From NCBI GenBank assembly GCA_963704705.1, contig OY969931.1, positions 240,001 through 272,000 on the forward strand: a DNA stretch of 32,000 nucleotides, read 5' to 3'. The position numbers were made by a program, and so were the translations under genes. The stretch's first letter is position 1, and every line of letters starts with the position of its first letter. Below the pieces are notes generated by a model, which worked only from the letters and a program-made list of their open reading frames with translations, was not told the DNA's origin and made no database searches. This DNA is from an uncultured bacterium (GTDB lineage Bacteria > Patescibacteriota > Gracilibacteria > UBA1369 > PNNO01). Shown piece by piece: positions 17,561-25,185 of this stretch.

Positions 17561-18175
17561 CTAATAGAAACGCAGCAAGGAAGTTACCACGCCCTGTATA
17601 ATTAATTCACCCTCAGGATAAATATCCTCAAATTCAGGGTTTTCCGCTTGTAAGTAATATTTGCCGTTTTTAGACATGTACGTTTTTACTGTATTTTGAT
17701 TGTCTACTAAGGCAACGACAACGTCACCGGTTTTTGGAGTTTTTTTGCTGTCTACTATAACTAAATCACCATCATTAATACCTGCGTTTATCATACTTTC
17801 ACCGCGAACACGTAAAATAAATGTATTTTCAGTATTACTTGCAACATCTGGGCCAACATCGTACCAGGAATCAACGAATTCTTCTGTTAAAACCGGGCCA
17901 CCAGCAGGGATGTATCCCAATAATGGTAATTTGATTGTCGCACTCTCTAATCGTTTTTTTACTTCATCAAGTAATTTAATACCACGTGGTGTGTCGTCTT
18001 TATGAATGTACCCTTTTTCTTCCAGAGCTTTTAAATGTTTAATAATGCTGTTATCTGAACTTACATTAAACCTTTCGCGCATTTCGCGAATTGTTGGTGA
18101 TTTACCATTTTTAAGCTGATACTTTTCGATATATTTTAGAACTGCTTTTTGTTTGTCAGTTAAAAATTCAACCAT
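17561..18175 (-). CDS. lexA: LexA repressor (S24 self-cleaving peptidase)
   Basis: N-terminal winged-helix region (LTDKQKAVLKYIEKYQLKNGKSPTIREM), Ala-Gly cleavage site in IPAGGP, catalytic Ser in GESM and Lys in TVKTY. 204 aa. Confidence 0.9.
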   Translation of the reverse strand: MVEFLTDKQKAVLKYIEKYQLKNGKSPTIREMRERFNVSSDNSIIKHLKALEEKGYIHKDDTPRGIKLLDEVKKRLESATIKLPLLGYIPAGGPVLTEEFVDSWYDVGPDVASNTENTFILRVRGESMINAGINDGDLVIVDSKKTPKTGDVVVALVDNQNTVKTYMSKNGKYYLQAENPEFEDIYPEGELIIQGVVTSLLRFY

Positions 18176-18191
18176 ATATAAAAAATTAATA

Positions 18192-18236
18192 GTGAGTGTA
18201 CGCTCACATTATAGGTGAGGCCGCACTCACCGTCAA
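18192..18236 (-). promoter_or_regulatory. lexA promoter (TTGACG, 17-nt spacer, TATAAT) with two GTGAG-N6-CTCAC palindromic operators
   Basis: The minus strand reads TTGACG gtgagtgcggcctcacc TATAAT gtgagcgtacactcac. -35 at 18236-18231, -10 at 18213-18208. Palindrome 18214-18231 fills the spacer exactly. Palindrome 18192-18207 directly follows the -10 and covers the expected start site. Confidence 0.6.
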
Positions 18237-18263
18237 GACTTTTTTTACATTTTCTATTTTTGT

Positions 18264-18291
18264 GCTTCGCTCAGCCTAAAAGGCTTCGCTC
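18264..18291. repeat. Two GCTTCGCTC direct repeats 19 nt apart
   Basis: Copies at 18264-18272 and 18283-18291 flank an AGCC-TAAAA-GGCT mini-hairpin, in the GC-rich spacer between the LemA-like gene and the lexA promoter. Confidence 0.5.
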
Positions 18292-18295
18292 CAAA

Positions 18296-18322
18296 GAGCT
18301 ACGCGCTTTCAGCGCTGCGCTC
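18296..18322 (-). terminator. GC-rich hairpin overlapping the stop of the LemA-like gene; possible weak terminator insulating the lexA promoter
   Basis: GAGC..GCGCT-TTC-AGCGC..GCTC, with inner stem 18303-18315 and outer stem 18296-18299/18319-18322. On the minus strand only a short TTT follows. Confidence 0.35.
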
Positions 18323-18858
18323 TACTCAAATTCAAAAATCAATTTTTTGCCGTACCTAAGCGTTAAAGCTGCCGGCATATTATAAAAGCGAGCAATAACA
18401 TTATTATGATTTCTCACCTTGTCATTATAATCTATTTCAAGTTTATTGATCTCTTTTTCGATATCATAAATATTTTTTTTAACTTCAAGATAAACTGTAT
18501 TAACTCTAAGTTCATTTATTGATTCGCAAAACTGAAAAATTTCTTTTAAATGCCTGCTGAAATCATGCTCAACAACAATTTTTTTCATTGAACATATAGA
18601 ATTCATGCTTGCTCTTGCCCTAACCTCAATTGTTTTTTCAACCATTTCTTCAAACTCCTTATTCTTTTCGGTTATAAAAAGTCTAGCTGTTTCAACCAGA
18701 AGGGGGAAAAGGTCCTGTCTGTACTGAAGTTTGTCGACTAAGTTGTACCATCTGATATTAATATCGTCGCGTAAGGCACGTATATGGATTACGGATATAC
18801 TGAAGAAAAATATCAGTATTATTATAATTCCTAAAACAATAAAAATTGTATTTTGCAT
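18322..18858 (-). CDS. LemA-like membrane-anchored protein (divergent)
   Basis: 178 aa. N-terminal TM helix followed by RWYNLVDKLQYRQDLFPLLVETARLF, which resembles the LemA core (W..v...l.RR.DLiPNLVe). Confidence 0.55.
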   Translation of the reverse strand: MQNTIFIVLGIIIILIFFFSISVIHIRALRDDINIRWYNLVDKLQYRQDLFPLLVETARLFITEKNKEFEEMVEKTIEVRARASMNSICSMKKIVVEHDFSRHLKEIFQFCESINELRVNTVYLEVKKNIYDIEKEINKLEIDYNDKVRNHNNVIARFYNMPAALTLRYGKKLIFEFE

Positions 18859-18867
18859 GCCTTGATT

Positions 18868-19512
18868 TTACCCGATAGATTCCTTGTCTGCAAATACTGA
18901 TTCTTCCAAATTTAAATCATTATTTTCATTTTCAAGTCTTTCTTTTCTTAGTTCTCTCTCTTTTAATGTTTCTTTAATATATTCGCTTTTTACTTTATTT
19001 ATTTTTCTAAAATGATAATCAGGATTTGGAATAGATTTTAAGATTTTTGTTGTTGAAGATGACGAAAGCGTTATTTCTAAGTCACCAAAACTTAAAACAT
19101 TTCGTAAAATGCCGTCCTGATGTTTTATAATATCTTGTACTTTTGGAAGATCTGTTGCGTCTTTAGAATCTTTTAAATAAAGAGATTTTTTTAATACTAC
19201 AATTCTATAATTGGTAAAAATCACTATTTCTAAAAAGTATTGGATCATTCTTAAGAAAAATTTGTGAATATATAAAGTAAAAAAACCAATTAGTCCAAAC
19301 GCAAATAAGTTTATTATAAGGGAATCCTGAACGAAAAAATTGTAGATTGGCTTGAAGTAAATTAAAGTTAAAATTAATAGTCCTATGAATATAAAAAATC
19401 CCAGAAAATCTTTCACTAATACAATCCAGTGTTTTCTACAGAAACATTCAACAACTTCTGAACGATGTTGTCCTTTAAAATGCCTGTCTGAATTATCAAA
19501 TTCACTAATCAT
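18868..19512 (-). CDS. Membrane protein, possibly membrane-flanked PH (bPH/YdbT-like) type
   Basis: 214 aa with two or three central TM helices. The N-terminal FKGQHRSEVVECFCRKHWIVL pattern is like bPH_2 proteins. Acidic and basic C-terminal tail. Confidence 0.5.
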   Translation of the reverse strand: MISEFDNSDRHFKGQHRSEVVECFCRKHWIVLVKDFLGFFIFIGLLILTLIYFKPIYNFFVQDSLIINLFAFGLIGFFTLYIHKFFLRMIQYFLEIVIFTNYRIVVLKKSLYLKDSKDATDLPKVQDIIKHQDGILRNVLSFGDLEITLSSSSTTKILKSIPNPDYHFRKINKVKSEYIKETLKERELRKERLENENNDLNLEESVFADKESIG

Positions 19513-19736
19513 AAAGTAATAAAGTAAATAAATACTGTTGATCCTAAAGCAAGTACAACAGTTAACAGTATATAAATAAATGCAATGTATCTTAGTCTTA
19601 AAAAACCAAATAGAAGAGTGTATTTGCTTTCGTCAAAACGATATTTATTAATATATCTATATAGAAGTTTTATATTAAGCAGGCAAAATATTATTGATAA
19701 TACGCCAATAATTGTTGTAACTAAAACTAATGTCAT
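19509..19736 (-). CDS. Small two-helix membrane protein
   Basis: 75 aa and hydrophobic. Its stop overlaps the next start (ATGA at 19509-19512). Confidence 0.4.
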   Translation of the reverse strand: MTLVLVTTIIGVLSIIFCLLNIKLLYRYINKYRFDESKYTLLFGFLRLRYIAFIYILLTVVLALGSTVFIYFITL

Positions 19737-19822
19737 CTTTGCATTGTTAAGTTTTAAGTTTGCAAAAAACAGAATTTTTACCTTTTCTTGAACTTTTTAC
19801 CCATTTATGCCCTTTCGATTAC

Positions 19823-19852
19823 ATCATACATACAAAACCGTACTTTAGTCAA
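19823..19852 (-). promoter_or_regulatory. Possible promoter for the three-gene membrane operon (TTGACT, 18-nt spacer, TATGAT on the minus strand)
   Basis: -35 at 19852-19847 and -10 at 19828-19823, just downstream of the murG stop. Confidence 0.35.
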
Positions 19853-19858
19853 GTATTG

Positions 19859-20911
19859 TCAGTTTCTGGCAACATATTCTTCAATGACCTCAAGTATTTT
19901 ATCTGTAGCGTTATTCGAAGATATTTGTTTGTCTTTTGTGTTAATTAATTGTGACACCTTTTCTAAAAGAGATGCACTTGTTAATTCTTCGTCGTTTATA
20001 ATTTCAGTATTTTCATGTGTCTTTTTATAAGCTATTGCATTTAATGTTTGCTCTCCGCGGCTTGCTGCTTTGCCTATTGGAATAAGCACAGCCGGTATTC
20101 CAAGAGCTTCGATTTCAGCAAGGCTGTTAGCGCCCGATCTTGTTATAACAACATTGGTTATTGCATAAATATCAGCGAGCTCCTCTTTTAAATACTCAAA
20201 AGCTTTGTATTTTGAAGTATCTTCATGCACTTTTTTGCCTGGACCGGTAATATGAACAATCTGAGCATCCAAGTGTGGCAGCGCTTCAATAATTGTTTCA
20301 TTTATATGTTGAGCGCCCTGACTGCCTCCCATTACTAAAATTACTGGTTTTTCACCGGTGAATCCGGTTAATTTATAACCTTTTTCAGCATCACCTTTTA
20401 ATAAAAATTCGCGAATAGGATTACCAGTAAGTACTTTTCGTACATCTCTTGGAAAGTTTACTTTGCATTCATCAAATGCCATGCAAATAACCGAAGCTTT
20501 TTTAGCTGCCATTCTGTTTGCAAGACCAGGAAGTACATCGGATTCATGCAGAATAATAGGTATTTTAAGCCAATGAGCCGCATATACAACTGGAATCCCA
20601 ACATATCCGCCTTTGCTAAAAACAACTGCCGGTTTGAATTTTCGTAAAGTAAAATATGATTGAATAATTCCAATTGGAATCCTAAAAAAATCCATAAAAT
20701 TTGTCAGACTAAAATATCTTCGAAGCTTGCCTGTCATTATTCCTTTGAATTTTATACCTATTTCAGGAATCATCTTAGCTTCCGGCCCTTTTTTTGAGCC
20801 GATATATAAAATTTCAATATCAGGATGCTTCTCCTTAATTTTCTGTATTAGAGCGATATTGGGTGTTATATGGCCTGCTGTGCCCCCGCCCGTGAAAACG
20901 ATGTGTGTCAT
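19859..20911 (-). CDS. murG: Undecaprenyl-PP-MurNAc-pentapeptide GlcNAc transferase MurG
   Basis: N-terminal IVFTGGGTAGHITP G-loop, C-terminal GT28 fold motifs (GGSQGA, TRSGANSLAEI). 350 aa. Confidence 0.9.
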   Translation of the reverse strand: MTHIVFTGGGTAGHITPNIALIQKIKEKHPDIEILYIGSKKGPEAKMIPEIGIKFKGIMTGKLRRYFSLTNFMDFFRIPIGIIQSYFTLRKFKPAVVFSKGGYVGIPVVYAAHWLKIPIILHESDVLPGLANRMAAKKASVICMAFDECKVNFPRDVRKVLTGNPIREFLLKGDAEKGYKLTGFTGEKPVILVMGGSQGAQHINETIIEALPHLDAQIVHITGPGKKVHEDTSKYKAFEYLKEELADIYAITNVVITRSGANSLAEIEALGIPAVLIPIGKAASRGEQTLNAIAYKKTHENTEIINDEELTSASLLEKVSQLINTKDKQISSNNATDKILEVIEEYVARN

Positions 20912-22073
20912 AAGGTGTTGTGTATTTTGAAATATTTAAAAGTATTCCTATTCCTATTAAAGTCGATAATATTGATGATCCTCCATAACTTATTAAAGGC
21001 AGAGTTATACCCGTGACAGGTAATAAGCCTGTATTTACACCAACATTAATTAATGCCTGAGCTGTAATCCACGTGGTTATTCCCGTGGCCAGAAGCATGG
21101 AGAATCTGTCAGGTGCTGTATTTGCAATTTTATAACCTCTGTAAGCAATTATTACATATACAATTACAACTAAAAATATTCTTATAAATCCGAGTTCTTC
21201 AGCAGAAGCAGCAAAAATAAAGTCGTCAGATGCCTGAGGAAGCCATAATGATTTTTGCACCCCCTGAGTTAAACCTTTTCCCCAAAATCCTCCACTTCCT
21301 ACTGCAATATTAGCTTGTTGTGTTTGCCAGCAGTAATTTTCGCTGCATTCCTGATCAAGGCTTACATAAGCCAAAAATCTTTCTCGAACATGAGTCACAT
21401 TGGCAATGACCATAATTGAAATTAATAATGCCGCAAAAGCACCAAGTGCCAAATGTCTGGCTTTTGCTCCGGCAACAAAATAAATACTTACTGCGATAAT
21501 CGCTAGTACGAGCGTTGATCCAAGGTCAGGCTGTAAAATAACAGGCAGCAACAGGAGTCCGGAAATTACACAAAAGGGCAGGAACCCATATTGAAAGCTC
21601 TCTACATCTTTATTTTTTTCATCCATCCACCGGGCCAGATAAAAAATAAGTGCTAATTTAGCGAATTCAGCAGGCTGAAGGGAGGTATCGAATATTACAA
21701 GCCAACTCTTAGCGATTGTTCCAAAACCTTTACCAGTGATTAATACAACCAATAACAAAAATAAAATAAAACCAAAAAATGGCATTGCAGCGCGTCTCCA
21801 GAATTTGTACGGTATTTTCGCACAAATAAATAAAGCAACAATCCCAATTAATATTCTAAATATATGGTTTTTAAATAGAAGATAGCAATCCACACCATCC
21901 TGTTCACAATTTGGATAAGCAATATTAGGAGCGGAAAGCTCAATTGACTTTGGCACACCAATACTGGTAATCATCACAACTCCAAACAGCAGGAGCGCAA
22001 AAGCCAATATTAAAAGCACGGTATCTGATTTTGTCTTCTGCATAAATTTCGCATTTTTATTGCGGGAATTCAT
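20835..22073 (-). CDS. ftsW: SEDS-family peptidoglycan polymerase, FtsW/RodA type; FtsW by adjacency to murG
   Basis: 412 aa with about 10 TM helices. Motifs LQPAEFAKLALIFYLA, DLGS and PLISYGGSS. The 3' end overlaps murG by 77 nt. Confidence 0.85.
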   Translation of the reverse strand: MNSRNKNAKFMQKTKSDTVLLILAFALLLFGVVMITSIGVPKSIELSAPNIAYPNCEQDGVDCYLLFKNHIFRILIGIVALFICAKIPYKFWRRAAMPFFGFILFLLLVVLITGKGFGTIAKSWLVIFDTSLQPAEFAKLALIFYLARWMDEKNKDVESFQYGFLPFCVISGLLLLPVILQPDLGSTLVLAIIAVSIYFVAGAKARHLALGAFAALLISIMVIANVTHVRERFLAYVSLDQECSENYCWQTQQANIAVGSGGFWGKGLTQGVQKSLWLPQASDDFIFAASAEELGFIRIFLVVIVYVIIAYRGYKIANTAPDRFSMLLATGITTWITAQALINVGVNTGLLPVTGITLPLISYGGSSILSTLIGIGILLNISKYTTPYDTHRFHGRGHSRPYNTQYRSNTEN

Positions 22074-22130
22074 ACTACACTACTCATGTACTGCTAGGCA
22101 ATATTTCATGATATACTTAATAGGAATTCA

Positions 22131-22205
22131 CCCCGCTTAGCGGGGCTCATGCTACGCTCGCGATAGTACCATTCGCTCGCGAGAGACTCACTAACGCTCG
22201 TCTCT
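22131..22205 (+). promoter_or_regulatory. GC-rich hairpins and CGCTCG direct repeats in the ftsW/lspA divergent spacer (possible lspA leader)
   Basis: CCCCGC-TTA-GCGGGG at 22131-22145. CGCTCGCGA at 22155-22163 and 22174-22182, third CGCTCG at 22195-22200. CTCGCGA/TCGCGAG stem 22157-22183 competes with AGAGAC/GTCTCT stem 22182-22205, which ends 1 nt before the lspA ATG. Confidence 0.4.
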
Positions 22206-22206
22206 G

Positions 22207-22665
22207 ATGGATAAAAATTTTATAAAAAATATTGGATATTTTGTAATAGCCGCTTTGGTTATTTTCATTTTGGACCGGTTTTTAAAAGAAATTGCATCCA
22301 TTTATTTAATAAATGATTACACTTTAATTAAAGGATTTCTTCGTCTTACTTACAGTGAAAATACAGGGGTTGCTTTTGGCTTGCAGTTGCCATTTTTGGT
22401 TCAGTTAATATTGGTTCCCGCACTTATTGTTGGAGGATTTTATCTTGTTTTAAAACATTTGAAATTTGAAAAATTATCAGTTCTTGTGCTTACAGGTGCA
22501 ATTGTAGGCGCAGCAACAAGCAATTATACAGACAGATTGATTCACGGATTTGTTATTGATTATCTTTCTGTTTGGATCTGGCCTGTTTTTAATCTGGCTG
22601 ATGTAATTATTACCCTCGGCATCTTTACCATTCTTGTATTTTATGGTAAAATAAAAAGAGTTTAA
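22207..22665 (+). CDS. lspA: Lipoprotein signal peptidase (signal peptidase II)
   Basis: 152 aa with four TM helices and the conserved NTGVAFG and FNLAD motifs. Confidence 0.85.
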   Translation: MDKNFIKNIGYFVIAALVIFILDRFLKEIASIYLINDYTLIKGFLRLTYSENTGVAFGLQLPFLVQLILVPALIVGGFYLVLKHLKFEKLSVLVLTGAIVGAATSNYTDRLIHGFVIDYLSVWIWPVFNLADVIITLGIFTILVFYGKIKRV

Positions 22666-22675
22666 AATTTATTTT

Positions 22676-23533
22676 ATGGAACAAATGGAAGAACAAAAAC
22701 AAATGACACAGTTTACTTTCCTTAATCTAATCACCAGAACATTTGCTGGCCTTGGAGGCGGAATACTTGGAACAGTTGTTTTACTTGTTATTTATGTACT
22801 TACAGTTTCGATTGTTGCACCTGTTTTAACAACATCAGGTGATACAGAAACAACTTTAAGCCCATTATTTATTTTCATTTTAATGGGAATGATTTTTGCT
22901 TCAACACTTGCGGCAAACCTTATTGCGCCACTGTTAATTTCGTTTACTGCGCGTGAAAGATATCAAAGAATTACTACTTCTCTTTTCCAGATTTTCATTG
23001 TGAATATAGTAGTATTTCTTATTCTTATACCTATATATTTATTCGCAACAAGTCTGGGATTGGAATTTATCGGATACGCAGCCGGACTTCAAATAGTATT
23101 CAGTGTTTTGGCGAGCGCACTTATTTTTGAAATTATCGCAAATTACAAATATGCATTATTGGGTGTATACAGTACAATTTTCGCGGTTCTTATAGCAATC
23201 GCGTTTAGTATTGTTTTATTTCAGGCAACCGGTAATGCAACAATTCTTTTATTTCTGGCTTTACCTTTATTATGGGGTGGAGTTGGATTTACTTTCGGCT
23301 TGGTAGGTTTAATTTACCAATGGATTGTAAATACCTGGGGAACCGATTATTTGGCAACTTTCCAGGAATATTCAAAAGATTATGGAGTTACTGAAGCTGA
23401 AGAAATCGCTGAGGAAGAACAAAGAATGGCAGAAGAACCACCTGCAGTTGATACAGAGGGTGTGGATTTTTTAAGAGGTGGTTCAGGTAGCGAAACTCCT
23501 CAAGATACCGATGAGAATAACGACAAAGTTTAA
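22676..23533 (+). CDS. Polytopic membrane protein with acidic C-terminal tail, unknown function
   Basis: 285 aa with about 7 hydrophobic helices. Tail EAEEIAEEEQRMAEEPPAVDTEGVD. Confidence 0.55.
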   Translation: MEQMEEQKQMTQFTFLNLITRTFAGLGGGILGTVVLLVIYVLTVSIVAPVLTTSGDTETTLSPLFIFILMGMIFASTLAANLIAPLLISFTARERYQRITTSLFQIFIVNIVVFLILIPIYLFATSLGLEFIGYAAGLQIVFSVLASALIFEIIANYKYALLGVYSTIFAVLIAIAFSIVLFQATGNATILLFLALPLLWGGVGFTFGLVGLIYQWIVNTWGTDYLATFQEYSKDYGVTEAEEIAEEEQRMAEEPPAVDTEGVDFLRGGSGSETPQDTDENNDKV

Positions 23534-24327
23534 TTAAGTTTATCTAAAACAGCTTTACGCATTTCTTCACGCGGGGCTTTTTGCTTTGTCCAGATTTCAA
23601 AAGCTGCGTAGCCCTGGTGCAAAAGCATGTTCTCGCCGGTTATAAAATCAGCTCCAACCTCCTTTGCATCTTTTATAATTTGTGTTTCGCGAGGAGTGTA
23701 AATCATTTCGAAGATCAGCATTTTTTTATTTAATTTTTCTTTTGGAATAATTTGTACACCTTCAGGCTTGTTTAAGCCCGCGGAAGTTGCCTGGATTACA
23801 ATATCAGCCTGGTCAAAATCATCAAGGCTGCCAAATTCACATTGAAATTCATTAGCCAATTCTTTTGCGTGCTCAACTGTTCTGTTTAAAACGGTTATTT
23901 TACCTGCATTTGAGATTTTCATTGCATAAACCGCTGCTCTTGCTGCTCCTCCTGCTCCTAAAATCACAACATTCTCGCCTTTTATATCAGTTTTTTCTTC
24001 AATTGGTTCTTTTACTCCGACCCAATCCACATTTGTACCATGGTATTTATTGTCTTTTGAATAAACTGTATTAACTGCGCCTATTTGTTCAGCATGTATA
24101 TCAATTTCATCCAAAAGAGCAATAATTTTCTCTTTATGAGGTTTACTTACGCTTAGTCCTTTTATGTTTTGTTGATGAAGATTTTTAATGAATTCGTAAA
24201 GTCCAATAGCTTCAACATCAAAAAATTTATAATCGGCATCAATACCAAGTGCATTAAATCCCGCATTATGCATTGCAGGTGAAAGTGAATGAAGAGCTGG
24301 ATGTGCAAGAATTCCATAAATATCCAT
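23530..24327 (-). CDS. aroE: Shikimate dehydrogenase
   Basis: SLSPAMHNAGF substrate motif and GAGGAARA NADP loop. Start chosen at MDIYGILAHP (24327); the track start at 24366 adds 13 unlikely residues. Confidence 0.85.
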   Translation of the reverse strand: MDIYGILAHPALHSLSPAMHNAGFNALGIDADYKFFDVEAIGLYEFIKNLHQQNIKGLSVSKPHKEKIIALLDEIDIHAEQIGAVNTVYSKDNKYHGTNVDWVGVKEPIEEKTDIKGENVVILGAGGAARAAVYAMKISNAGKITVLNRTVEHAKELANEFQCEFGSLDDFDQADIVIQATSAGLNKPEGVQIIPKEKLNKKMLIFEMIYTPRETQIIKDAKEVGADFITGENMLLHQGYAAFEIWTKQKAPREEMRKAVLDKLN

Positions 24328-24350
24328 GCTCTTATTGTAATGGTGATCTA

Positions 24351-24379
24351 TTGAAAAACAAGCCAAAATCTGCTATAAT
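24351..24379 (+). promoter_or_regulatory. Sigma-70-type promoter (TTGAAA, 17-nt spacer, TGcTATAAT) for the 24402 gene
   Basis: TTGAAA 24351-24356, 17-nt spacer, TG at 24371-24372, TATAAT 24374-24379, ATG at 24402. Confidence 0.5.
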
Positions 24380-24401
24380 ATTATGAAATAAATATAAAAA
24401 T

Positions 24402-25175
24402 ATGAATATAAATAAACCAAAAACAAAAACAGCACCTGCTGAAAAAAAGGCGGAAACCGCTGCAGATAGAGCAAAACAACTGGAAGAAGACAGACGCGAA
24501 TTCCGAAAAGATGTAAATAAAAGAAGTACATATCTGGCTAAGCTCGGATCTTCAGAAGCAACTCCGGAAGAAGGATTAGGTAAAATTCTTAAGACTTTAA
24601 GAACAACTGAGGACGAATATATGTTTTTTGCAGCAGTAGAATGGTGCGTAAAAAGCAATTCAGCCTATTACGATAAAAGAAATCAGCTTTTAGGTGCTAT
24701 GGTGAAAAATTTTCACTTCAGACAAAGTTCATCTGTTGGAACGATTTTAAAGTTCTATAAACAGTTTGATTCTGAAGTTGTTAAAGATCTTTTAAAGAAA
24801 CACCAATCAATAAATGCAAACTCAGCAGTAAGAAGTATGAGAAAATTGCCTGATGCTGATATTACTACTTTAGCAAGTTATATGCCTGTAATGACGAAAA
24901 GGAAATTTGTGGCAAAAGCAAATTCACTTAGTACTAAATGGGTTCAGAAAGCTGCAAAAACTACAGCTGTAAAAGCTGTTAGCTATACTGAAAGTGCAAA
25001 TTCATACCTTAGGGTTGTAAATATTTTAAATGCATCACTTAGAGGAAAAACAACTACAACTCCTCAGCAGAATGCTGCAGTTAAACAGATTCCATTTACA
25101 CAACCTTCTGAACCTCAACAAAAACCGCAGGCAGTTCAAATCAAATACAATAAACGTAAAGGCGGAACAATTTAA
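24402..25175 (+). CDS. Hypothetical basic soluble protein
   Basis: 257 aa. Lys/Glu-rich N-terminus and Q/P-rich C-terminus. No motif recognised. Has its own promoter, and the next gene follows after a 10-nt gap. Confidence 0.5.
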   Translation: MNINKPKTKTAPAEKKAETAADRAKQLEEDRREFRKDVNKRSTYLAKLGSSEATPEEGLGKILKTLRTTEDEYMFFAAVEWCVKSNSAYYDKRNQLLGAMVKNFHFRQSSSVGTILKFYKQFDSEVVKDLLKKHQSINANSAVRSMRKLPDADITTLASYMPVMTKRKFVAKANSLSTKWVQKAAKTTAVKAVSYTESANSYLRVVNILNASLRGKTTTTPQQNAAVKQIPFTQPSEPQQKPQAVQIKYNKRKGGTI

Positions 25176-25185
25176 AAATAAAAAA

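Noticed and set aside
14873-18005. Antisense ORFs of 100-109 aa inside mutS (14873-15202) and lexA (17700-18005)
   Set aside because: They lie fully within well-supported CDSs on the opposite strand. They show no motifs and have compositions typical of shadow frames.
22083-22185. Collinear shared blocks with the 3' half of the 2242-2448 RNA (CTCATGTA; ACCCC-n-TTAGCGGG; CTCG(C)GAGAG), suggesting a paralogous element
   Set aside because: There are only three short blocks with different spacing. Chance 8-mer matches between regions of this size are not rare, so this is not significant without a genome-wide search.
24328-24658. aroE start at 24366 and the 108-aa antisense ORF at 24332-24658
   Set aside because: The extra aroE residues precede the conserved start and overlap a good divergent promoter. 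The 108-aa ORF is antisense to the 24402 gene and is Ser/Phe/Leu low complexity.
25030-25185. 52-codon N-terminal extension of the MscS ORF overlapping the 24402-25175 gene
   Set aside because: The extension is out-of-frame overlap with the upstream CDS and is low complexity. The Met at 25186 follows the upstream stop by 10 nt and begins the hydrophobic N-terminus.
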